Shown here: piece by piece, positions 33,004 through 41,715 of the stretch | Layout of the letters: each line of letters opens with the position of its first letter | Numbering within the stretch: position 1 is the first letter of the stretch | Source of the DNA: Candidatus Bathyarchaeota archaeon | Lineage (GTDB): Archaea; Thermoproteota; Bathyarchaeia; Bathyarchaeales; Bathycorpusculaceae | Assembly (NCBI GenBank): GCA_963717465.1 | Contig: OY970340.1 | Coordinates: 2,240,001-2,304,000 of the forward strand | Reading direction: 5' to 3' | Length of the DNA: 64,000 nucleotides | Program-made: the position numbers and the translations under genes | The notes under the pieces: generated by a model | Seen by the model: the letters and a program-made list of their open reading frames with translations, nothing else | Databases searched by the model: none | Told to the model about the DNA's origin: nothing

Positions 33004-33478
33004 TCGTTCTTCTAACATGGTTCCACTATTGGTCTTTGCTAAGTTGGCATTTTTTCGCATATAATTGCACTCGTTTAGAAAACGTAAGGTTCATGTTTGA
33101 CATTTAGGAACCACAGCCCCAAAGTGTTAGTCACACGAAGCAACGCTATGAACATCGACGTTCAAGTCTTCAATAAGAAAACAGGATATACAGAGCAAGT
33201 TTTTGGGTTTGTTTCTTTAATCTGAGGGTCTGTCCAAAGCATTTGTTGCCTCAATGTATAATATAGGTTCTTTTAGAAAATTTTGCTGCAGAAGGGCAGT
33301 TTTTCAGTTAACTTTTCTTTGAGAGCTTTAGTGCAGTTAAAAAATCGCCTGCATCACACAGGTCTTGCTACACCTTAGTACCAGTTTGGCTCAAAATTGT
33401 CAGTCACTTACTCACCAGTGACTCACAATAGACCTGAAGATTTCTTAAATGTGATAGCGAGCAAAATGCGTGCTAGAG

Positions 33479-34465
33479 TTAACGTGGCTCCTTGTGAACA
33501 AAGAGGGATGCAGCTTGTAAGGCGTTGTATGTGATTATCATGTCTGCTCCGGCTCTTCGGATTGAGTTCAATGATTCCATTACTAGTGCGCTCTCTCTAA
33601 TTTTGGTATTCTTGCAAAGTAATTTTATAAAGGCATATTCTCCGCTAACTTGGTAAGCAGCAATAGGAGTAGTAGGATAACTTTGTTTAACCCTAAGTAT
33701 GAGGTCTAAATTCACTAATGCTGGCTTCACTATAACGATGTCTGCACCCTCATCCAAGTCAAGGCTTACTTTTTGCATAAACAATTTATCATTAATGACA
33801 TCGCTTCTAAATTTGCTGGAGTCGACACAGTTTCTTTGAGCTTTTGAGTCCGCCATTGCTTCATAGAAAGGTTGGAAAAGGCAGCTGTTAGTTTTAATGT
33901 ACGTCATGATGGCTGTGTTATTAAGTCCTTGGTCATCTAGAGCTTCGCGGATATGTTTAACTTGGCCGTCGCACATAGCGGCTGGTGCAATAACGTCTGC
34001 TCCAGCTTGAGCGTGAACAACGGATATTTTGGCCAGCATCTTTGCAGTCTTCTCACTAAGGACTTGCCCCCTCTCGCTATAGACACAGAAATCGTCCTTT
34101 GTGTAGTCGCATAAACAAACATTTGATATTAGGACGAGTTTATCTCCAAACTTTTTCTTGAGCATACTAAATATCTTGCTGTGAAAGTTGTTTTCTTTTA
34201 GTGCTACTGAACCATCAGAGTCTCGGTGAGCTATAACGCCAAAAACTAGAATGCCAGGGATGCCTAAATCTACTGCTTTGTTACATACCTCGACAGCTTC
34301 GGTTAAGGATAGGTAGTTTTGGCCATCCATAGATGGGATTGGGAAGCCTTTACCGTCTTCTCTGACAAAAATTGGATAAATAAAATTGTTAGAAGTTAGG
34401 GAGGTGGGCTGTATTAGACTTAACAGGGATCTTGATTGCTTAAGGCGAAAAGTCGCATTCATCAT
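33479..34465 (-). CDS. hemB: Porphobilinogen synthase (ALA dehydratase) homolog, divergent
   Basis: IYPIFV, CLCDYTKDDFC (Zn), AGADVIAPAAMCDGQV, GADIVIVKPA, AYQVSGEY and RRAGADMIITY. The lid region is atypical. Confidence 0.85.
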   Translation of the reverse strand: MMNATFRLKQSRSLLSLIQPTSLTSNNFIYPIFVREDGKGFPIPSMDGQNYLSLTEAVEVCNKAVDLGIPGILVFGVIAHRDSDGSVALKENNFHSKIFSMLKKKFGDKLVLISNVCLCDYTKDDFCVYSERGQVLSEKTAKMLAKISVVHAQAGADVIAPAAMCDGQVKHIREALDDQGLNNTAIMTYIKTNSCLFQPFYEAMADSKAQRNCVDSSKFRSDVINDKLFMQKVSLDLDEGADIVIVKPALVNLDLILRVKQSYPTTPIAAYQVSGEYAFIKLLCKNTKIRESALVMESLNSIRRAGADMIITYNALQAASLFVHKEPR

Positions 34466-34531
34466 AATTCACCTTTTTCTACGCTATGGACAGCTTACTT
34501 TTAAATTCTTTTATTTTTAAATATTAATTTG

Positions 34532-35881
34532 TTATAAGAAATTTTTTGCGATACTCAGGAAAAGGAAAGTTGAAGTCCCAACAGCATTTGTTAGAAGGTT
34601 TTCTATGCTGAATCTGGAGACAGATGAGTAATACTGCGGATAAAGGATGTCGCCCTTTGGATCAATCTTGCCTTCTTTAACGGCCAAGTCATACAGTTCC
34701 GTATGGGGATAAATTCGCATTTTAGTAAATCCAACATATGCGAGCTTCTCTTTAAGCTCCACTAACATTCTTGGAACAATATTAACAAGTCCAGCTACAT
34801 GCGAAGCATTATTCGAAGGCAAATCAATCATGAAGTTAAAGCCCACCTTAACGTTTTCTAAAGCTTTAAAATAGGAAATTGAGGCATTTATTTGACTAAC
34901 AGTCAGGTTTCTCTTAAGCATCACTAAGGCTTCATCTGAGGCACCATCCGCAGAAAAATTCAATAGTCGACATCCAGATTTAACTGCGTCAGCCGCGAAA
35001 CGTGCATTAAGAAAAGCTGGATGAGCATCAGTACTCCATTCTATCTCAACTTTTCGCTCTAAAAGTTCATGGACTATTTCTTGAGCATGCTCAAATGGAT
35101 AGTTGAAGATGGAGCTAACAAAAAATAAATTCGTTACTCCGTATTCACTTACTAACTTTTCAACTTCGTCAACGATTTTTCTAGGCGATCTCAGTCTAAG
35201 GTTGCAGCCGGAAATGTGATAGTTGGGACAGAACATGCATTTGAAAGCGCAACCTCTTTGAGTCTGCACTGAGAGGGCAAAGGAGTGTTTATCGTACTTT
35301 TTTATATCGAAGAATTCTCTGGAAGGTATCGGTAAAGAATTGAAATCTTCAAAAATTTTTGGAGTGAAAATTAATTTACCATTTTTTTTGAAAACTAAAT
35401 TATTTACTCTTTCAGGAGTCTTCATTTTTTTAAGAAGCTGTGCAAATGAATGCTCGCCTTCAAAAACTAAGCCGAAGTCGATTTCAGGATTTCCATCCAT
35501 GACTTCTTTCGCGAAAAGTGAAAAGCCGGAGCCGCCAACGACGAGTTTGCATGTGGGTAGTGTATTTTTTATCATCTTAACTGTTGACACAAATGTTGGA
35601 TAGTACCATTTGTGAACAGTTGAAATCGCGCTATCAGTATTTCTTAGTGATAATCCTACAACATCCGGTTTTATTTTCTCCAGCATGCTTGGAAGCTTTT
35701 CTAATGGATTTTGGGAATCATCAACATTGGGATCCCAACAATAAACTTCATGATCTTTTTTAATCATGGATGCGATGGATGCTAGACCGATGGGAAAAAC
35801 AAGTGGCGTAGCATCCGATAATTTTTTACCAATGTACGATTGGCAAAGAAAAACGCGCATGACTCCACAACTCAAACTCAA
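34532..35881 (-). CDS. Cobalamin-dependent radical SAM enzyme
   Basis: N-terminal B12-binding domain (FPIGLASIA, PDVVGLSLRNTD, VVGGSGFS, EGE) plus TQRGCAFKCMFC (CxxxCxxC). Confidence 0.9.
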   Translation of the reverse strand: MSLSCGVMRVFLCQSYIGKKLSDATPLVFPIGLASIASMIKKDHEVYCWDPNVDDSQNPLEKLPSMLEKIKPDVVGLSLRNTDSAISTVHKWYYPTFVSTVKMIKNTLPTCKLVVGGSGFSLFAKEVMDGNPEIDFGLVFEGEHSFAQLLKKMKTPERVNNLVFKKNGKLIFTPKIFEDFNSLPIPSREFFDIKKYDKHSFALSVQTQRGCAFKCMFCPNYHISGCNLRLRSPRKIVDEVEKLVSEYGVTNLFFVSSIFNYPFEHAQEIVHELLERKVEIEWSTDAHPAFLNARFAADAVKSGCRLLNFSADGASDEALVMLKRNLTVSQINASISYFKALENVKVGFNFMIDLPSNNASHVAGLVNIVPRMLVELKEKLAYVGFTKMRIYPHTELYDLAVKEGKIDPKGDILYPQYYSSVSRFSIENLLTNAVGTSTFLFLSIAKNFL

Positions 35882-36720
35882 ATTTTTTTAGAGACAAAAA
35901 CTGCTTGCAATAAAAACCTATTTTGATAAAGTCTGATAATACCTATTGGTACGCCGCTAATCTTAATTTTCCTTAACAATATTATTCTTAATAAATTCAG
36001 TAAGCTGTGATTATTTTTCACTATCTCAAGCGCGTTTAAATCTGCAGTTAAAACGACGTTCGCTTGCGAAAAATCTGTTTCGCTAAGTTCAATATTATTC
36101 TTGTTGATATTAATAAGAAACTTGGGCAGTCCCTTGATGTTAAAGAGGACTCGCATTTTATGGTTTGAAGCCATATTAACCTGCTTTGATTTTTTGAAGG
36201 AATCGATTTTTTCTTGTATGGTCTTTATGTTGAGAAGCTTGTAATATGTAATCACATTGTTTTGGATTGGAATATAATCAAATGAAGAATTAAAAAAGTT
36301 CTTGTTCAGCCGAAGGTCGCCAGTTATCATCATACTAGCTACTATCTCTTTCTTTTTAATTACATCGCCCGTTGAGGATCTCAAAAAACGTAAAAGATTT
36401 GTTCCAACACCGCTGCCTCTATAGGCAGGATCAACAATAAGATCAGCAGCAAATATGGCATTAACATTTAAAGTATCAGTAAGTCTTAAATTGATTGGAA
36501 TCCAATGATTGCATCCAATTATCTTTCCGTTTGTTTCTGCAACTGCAATAAATGATGCTTCAAAATTTGGGTTTGATTTATATTTCCAATCCCAGTACTC
36601 CTTACTCTGAGTTTCTTCAAGTGTAGCGTCTAAAAGTGATACAAGCGCTTTAACCGCTTGTTCATCATCACTTACAAAGGCCCTGCAACGATAATTTTCC
36701 AACTTTTTCGGTTCGTTCAA
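35878..36720 (-). CDS. GNAT N-acyltransferase with C-terminal SCP2-like domain
   Basis: YWDWKY..NP, motif A VDPAYRGSGVG and C-terminal KIKISG. Overlaps neighbours by TTGA junctions. Confidence 0.8.
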   Translation of the reverse strand: MNEPKKLENYRCRAFVSDDEQAVKALVSLLDATLEETQSKEYWDWKYKSNPNFEASFIAVAETNGKIIGCNHWIPINLRLTDTLNVNAIFAADLIVDPAYRGSGVGTNLLRFLRSSTGDVIKKKEIVASMMITGDLRLNKNFFNSSFDYIPIQNNVITYYKLLNIKTIQEKIDSFKKSKQVNMASNHKMRVLFNIKGLPKFLININKNNIELSETDFSQANVVLTADLNALEIVKNNHSLLNLLRIILLRKIKISGVPIGIIRLYQNRFLLQAVFVSKKI

Positions 36721-37520
36721 CCATAATCACCAAGTTGGAGGCACCAATCAGGTTTAAGTTGCATAGATGATAAAAACCTAAGCACACTATAAAATTTCCA
36801 AAAAGGCCTTATCTTAAGTTTAGAAAGAATGAAAGCCTTGGAAGGATCCAAGAGTCCAAAGATTAAACATGAGAAAATTGATTCAGTCGTTTCCAAGTAA
36901 ATTTCGTTAATAATATTATCATTATTATCCTCGCTTGCAACTTGAACTTTGCCATCGTTAACAGTTAAGACCACATTTTTTTGGGCTGACGACTTGTCGT
37001 TTCTTAGCTTAATGGTGAGTTTTTCGTTAATTTGGCTTTCTAAATGCTTACTGGTTATTATTAACGTTAATAGTTTTTGATAGTCAAATATGCGCAAACA
37101 AACCAGCGGGGGCGAGTAAGTGCTGAAACCCAATTTTCTACAATTTTCATTTAATAAATCATCCTTTATTGGAGCATTAAACGAAATCGAATCTGCATTG
37201 ATTTCGTGTAAGTAGCTTATTGCGTTGTTTAGTAGAAGTAAGATTATTTTTTCTCCATCTTTTTCTGAATCGTAGCAGAACTCCCATATTTTACCAGATT
37301 TTCCAATTACAGTGTAACCGACAATTTCGGCTTTTTCATTTTCAACTATTAATATTTTGTCAGGTTCAACATCTGGCCGTTGCAAACACGACCAACGCCA
37401 ATATTCAACTGTTTTAGTTGGAAAGCCACCGTATTTTCCAAATTCCTTGTTGAAGAGACTTAAAATTTTTGATTCGTCGCCTTCCTTGAACGTTCTGAGG
37501 GCATATTTGATTTCAGTCAA
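36717..37520 (-). CDS. GNAT-fold protein with C-terminal SCP2-like domain
   Basis: LRTFKEGDE, YWRW...RPD, IVGY and KLGF; SCP2-like tail (AFILSKLKI). No clear motif A. Confidence 0.65.
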   Translation of the reverse strand: MTEIKYALRTFKEGDESKILSLFNKEFGKYGGFPTKTVEYWRWSCLQRPDVEPDKILIVENEKAEIVGYTVIGKSGKIWEFCYDSEKDGEKIILLLLNNAISYLHEINADSISFNAPIKDDLLNENCRKLGFSTYSPPLVCLRIFDYQKLLTLIITSKHLESQINEKLTIKLRNDKSSAQKNVVLTVNDGKVQVASEDNNDNIINEIYLETTESIFSCLIFGLLDPSKAFILSKLKIRPFWKFYSVLRFLSSMQLKPDWCLQLGDYG

Positions 37521-37645
37521 CTAATTCAAACTCATTATAATGTGATTGCTAAAGGATAACTGTTTGTTAAATCAACTATTGCAGGATTAAGTAGCAATTA
37601 AGATAGAGGCGATTCATGTATAATTATGGGGAAGCTTTTGTTTTA

Positions 37646-38938
37646 TTAGTTGATGACTAAGCTTTTCTTCATTTTGTCCTCGAAAACGCCGATTGGAACG
37701 AATATAGCATCATCTAATGTGAGCGTAACACCAAGCTTTGTCTTCAAAAGTTCATGAAGAGATTCCCTTATTAATTGTTGTTTGCTAACACTCAAATCGC
37801 CGTTTGTTTCCGCTTTAATTATAAACCTCTGTTGTGGAGAACTTTTGTCAATAATTATTTGGCATCTGCCTGTTAACTCGGGAAAATTAACCAATATTGC
37901 TTCCACTCTGCTAGGAAATACTGATACGCCTTTTACTTTTACCATGAAGTCTTTTCGGTCAATATCTGTTCCGATTTTAGGGTGACACATGCCACAACTG
38001 CATTGTTGAAAACCATAACAGTCAACAATGTCACGTGATGAATACCTGATTATGGGTGAGGCTTCCCTTTGCAAACTTGTGATTACAAGCTCGCCTCTTT
38101 CACCATCAGATAAAGTCTCCATTGTTTGGGGGTCCACTACTTCAACTAAATACTTATCAGCCCAAATATGATGCCCTCCAGCGCCCTCTTCGCAGTAAAC
38201 TGAGAGCCCTGGGAATTCAGTGGCGCCATAATCGAGGAAAATGTTTTCGTAACCTAACTCGTTTTTCAAGCGTTCTCTTTGCTGTAAAGTTGGTTTTTCA
38301 GAGACGCAGATACCGGCTCTTAAGGATGATTTACTTAAATCTTGACCGGTTTGTTTAGCTACTTCTGCGATGCGTAAATGGTAGTTTGTTACACCATAGA
38401 TAATAGTCGTGTTAAGATTTTTAATTAGTCTTATTTGACGTTCCGTATCTCCAGGTCCTACGGGTATTTCGCATATTCCCATCTTATTTAGACCCCAATG
38501 AATTGACCAAGCGCCTTGGAATAAGCCGTACAATGCGGTAACTTGAACCTTGTCTTTTGAAGTAATACCGTGAAACGTTAATTTTCTAGCAGATGCTTCA
38601 GCAATATTTTCAACGTCATTTCTACTGTGCGCTATAGTCATAGGAACTCCTGTTGTTCCGCTTGTTTGCCTAATTGTTAGAACTTTATCAAACGGTACAG
38701 CGAGCACATCTTGAAAATTATATTCCATTTCAGTTCTCGTGGTTATTGGAATTTTACGAATATCTTCAAGAGTTACAATGTCAGAAGGCGTTATGCCTGC
38801 TTTCTTGAGTTTTTCATGGTAAAATTTGCTGTTGGAATATACATGGGTTAATTCTTGTTTTAGTAATTTTACCTGAAGCTCTTTCAATTCTTTTATAGTG
38901 GCGCCCTGAATCTTTGGAGCCCAAAATTGCTTTTTCAT
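37646..38938 (-). CDS. Phenylacetate-CoA ligase (PaaK) family adenylate-forming enzyme, divergent substrate pocket
   Basis: TSGTTG, DYGATE, GELVITSLQREASPIIRY, CSCG and KGVSVFPS. Confidence 0.85.
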   Translation of the reverse strand: MKKQFWAPKIQGATIKELKELQVKLLKQELTHVYSNSKFYHEKLKKAGITPSDIVTLEDIRKIPITTRTEMEYNFQDVLAVPFDKVLTIRQTSGTTGVPMTIAHSRNDVENIAEASARKLTFHGITSKDKVQVTALYGLFQGAWSIHWGLNKMGICEIPVGPGDTERQIRLIKNLNTTIIYGVTNYHLRIAEVAKQTGQDLSKSSLRAGICVSEKPTLQQRERLKNELGYENIFLDYGATEFPGLSVYCEEGAGGHHIWADKYLVEVVDPQTMETLSDGERGELVITSLQREASPIIRYSSRDIVDCYGFQQCSCGMCHPKIGTDIDRKDFMVKVKGVSVFPSRVEAILVNFPELTGRCQIIIDKSSPQQRFIIKAETNGDLSVSKQQLIRESLHELLKTKLGVTLTLDDAIFVPIGVFEDKMKKSLVIN

Positions 38939-39050
38939 TTCGCATCCGCCCAAGCTCGAACTTTAGTATAACAATGAAATATGGAAATATGACTGTCCCT
39001 TTAGTTATCTATTAGAAAACAATTGTTTTTGCGTTAAATGGTTAACCAGT

Positions 39051-39833
39051 TTAGAGGCGGCTTGAAAGAAGTTGAAGTAGACTCTTAAAGCCGTCCGAAT
39101 AGCGAATTTTGGATTTTCCAACTTTACGATAAGCGTAACCAATAGGCACCTCGCAGAACCTTGAGCCGTTTTGCAAGCTTTTAGAAGTCATTTCAATTTC
39201 AACTGCGAAACCGCTCTCTGTTAGCTCGAAGCCATCAACGATGTAACGCTTAAAAGCTTTTGAACCAGTCATTATGTCGGTTATGGGCGCATTGTAAAGC
39301 ATTCGAGCAGTTGCAGATAATAATCTGTTACCCATGTAGTGTGAAAAACTCATGCCTTTAGTTTTTCCGACAAATCTTGAACCGAAGACAACATCAGCTT
39401 TATTGTCCAGAATTGGCTTGACGAGCTCAGGGATCGAATCAGGAGAATACTCCATATCAGCGTCTTGAACTACAACAACTGTTCCTGAAGAATTGCAAAA
39501 GCCAGTTTTAAGCGCTGCACCCTTGCCCATATTCTTGGCATGACGGATGTATTTAATGTATGGAAAAGAAGTGAAGGCAGCAATCTCTTCCTGCGTATTA
39601 TCAGTAGAACCATCGTCCACAACAATGATTTCAACGGTGTTTGGAGACCAATTAATCTCCGTTAGCATCTTAAGCACCAGCGCTATGCTTTTCTCTTCGT
39701 TGTAAACTGGAACAACAACACTGATATCTGGAAGAGTCAAATTGTCAATAAAGGCTGAAGAAATACGTTCATTGTTATCGCTTTGTATTAGCAAGTGTTT
39801 TTCCCCTTGGCTTCTATATAATCGCTTACTCAA
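39051..39833 (-). CDS. GT2 DPM1-like (polyprenyl-phosphate) glycosyltransferase
   Basis: VVVPVYNEE, VDDGSTD, NMGKGAAL, QDADMEY, VFGSRF and TDIMTG. Confidence 0.88.
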   Translation of the reverse strand: MSKRLYRSQGEKHLLIQSDNNERISSAFIDNLTLPDISVVVPVYNEEKSIALVLKMLTEINWSPNTVEIIVVDDGSTDNTQEEIAAFTSFPYIKYIRHAKNMGKGAALKTGFCNSSGTVVVVQDADMEYSPDSIPELVKPILDNKADVVFGSRFVGKTKGMSFSHYMGNRLLSATARMLYNAPITDIMTGSKAFKRYIVDGFELTESGFAVEIEMTSKSLQNGSRFCEVPIGYAYRKVGKSKIRYSDGFKSLLQLLSSRL

Positions 39834-39875
39834 CGAACATTATTAAGGCATGTGGAAAAAAAAGATATATATCAA

Positions 39876-39896
39876 TTATAGAAACTTGTTCTATAA
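39876..39896. promoter_or_regulatory. Perfect inverted repeat TTATAGAA-N5-TTCTATAA next to a TATA box; candidate operator
   Basis: Directly upstream of TATATA (39866-39871) preceding the GT2 gene, and downstream of a wHTH gene. Confidence 0.45.
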
Positions 39897-39940
39897 CTTA
39901 AGCTTCTATAGCGAAGCATTAATTGACTCAACGGAACCGT

Positions 39941-40252
39941 TTATGGGAGGTTTTGCAGTAACCTAGCAAGTTTTGCGTGCTCAGAATCCAACACTTCAAG
40001 CAGTTGTTGCGCCTTAACGGATCGTTCATAAAATTCATAGTACTGCCTGAGAAACTCGCGCCCACTTTCAGTTAGTAAATATACTGAGCCGTTAATTTGA
40101 ATTAAACCCGCACTAATCGTCATATCCAAGTATTTCTCCAGCAATTTAAAACTCAAATTCGCGGCAATCATAATTCGCGTCTTGTTAGAACCCAAATTTG
40201 TAGCCTCCAGAACAGACGCAACAATCCGTAACCTATCACGATTCTTACCCAT
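39941..40252 (-). CDS. Archaeal winged helix-turn-helix regulator (HTH_45/DUF4364-like)
   Basis: RDRLRIVASVL...KTRIM..ANLS...KYL...YLLTESG. Confidence 0.85.
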   Translation of the reverse strand: MGKNRDRLRIVASVLEATNLGSNKTRIMIAANLSFKLLEKYLDMTISAGLIQINGSVYLLTESGREFLRQYYEFYERSVKAQQLLEVLDSEHAKLARLLQNLP

Positions 40253-41108
40253 GAAAATACCAGCTAAAACTTTAAACAAAGCCAGTTAAGCACCAAGCAG
40301 AGACCCCTCTATCCAAATCCCTTCTTGACAGAAGCGGACATGAACAAGAGAACTCTAACTATGCTTCAAACCCCTAACACTTATCCTCCACTTGTGAAGA
40401 AGCATGATTCAATAGAACTTCTTTTAAACTTTTCTATTACACAATAGGAACTGCAATAAAAGACAGCAATTGCAAAAGCTCTCACAGAAAAGCCCAAGCT
40501 AATAGCAAACGACCAATTGTAAACCAAGCTAGAAAACTGCACAACTTTATTGCTTATCGAAATTAGCATTGAAACACCCTTCTTCGCAATTTATAGCAAA
40601 AAACAACTACGAAAACGAAATTTAAACCATATCTCTGGAAATATAACATATCAGCAAAAAAGAAAAGCACCAATATTAAGTTACATTATGAAACACTGGA
40701 AAGCCAAACAAGGCCTAAGTGCAATGAAAAAACAAGATAATTTTAAAACAAATGGCAGCACTTACTGAAAAACAAAGCAGTTCTTAAAAAATTACAAAGA
40801 TCTGACAAGCTCAAGAAGAGGATGGTCAATTAGTTTTCTCTTCTTAGTTTAAATTTTTCTAGCTGCTAGCACATAACATATTTTGGTTGTTCTTAATTGT
40901 CAGGGGGCACAATAGAGCGATACCCAAACCGTTTTTTACTCGCGCATCTGCTTCTCCATTAATGCATACAGCCAAATATTAGAATACAGAAAAAGGAAAC
41001 TCATATGAATTCTTAAATTTTAATATATGCGAAGTTTTAAAAACCATTTTGTAGACTTTAATAAAACTGAGGGAAAGGAAAGCGCAAAAATCTAAGATAG
41101 AAACTTCA

Positions 41109-41336
41109 GTGATTCTTACATTTGTGAAAATGGTTTTTTTGATATTTGTTGGAGTTTACATTCTCACTTTGCCAGCCTATTATTTTTTAGTGCTGCACGG
41201 GGTTGGCGATGCCTTGATGCCTTTTGAAGTCACGCTATGTCTGATGGCAAGCATAGGATCAGTTGCATGGGTTTTTAAGCTAGCATTTGGGTTAAAAAGA
41301 GAAATCGGATTGGGCAAGCAAGCAAATGTGGATTAG
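41109..41336 (+). CDS. Small membrane protein, hypothetical
   Basis: Two hydrophobic segments. Confidence 0.45.
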   Translation: MILTFVKMVFLIFVGVYILTLPAYYFLVLHGVGDALMPFEVTLCLMASIGSVAWVFKLAFGLKREIGLGKQANVD

Positions 41337-41715
41337 GATTGACGATTTAGATATCCAACTTCACATGCCTAATCTTTAATTAGATGCAAATTTTTCTATG
41401 CGAGTTTTGTTTTATCGGATTCAGCAACGGAAGAGCACTCATAAGCGTGACAGGCCAGTGCTCTACGTGCTGTAAATTTTTTATGGGCTGAGAAGTAGAG
41501 CAGGAATCTACAAACTTTAAATATTGTGTAGCATGAGTTAATACATACTACAGATAAGTACAAAAAGGCGTCAAAATTGACAAAATCACTCTTCCATACA
41601 GCAATAGTTCAAACAATGCTTAACCAAGATTTCAGTTTTCAAGCCCCAAAAAAGCAATCAATCATCTTTCATGCAAAAAAATAGTTGAATCAACAAGTGC
41701 CAGAGGATACCATTT

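Noticed and set aside
40381..40768. Short ORFs upstream of the wHTH gene
   Set aside because: Overlapping, A-rich, non-ATG starts and no motifs; probably intergenic.
41432..41464. Hairpin AGAGCACT...AGTGCTCT as a structured RNA
   Set aside because: A single 8-bp stem without recognisable boxes or a second supporting element.
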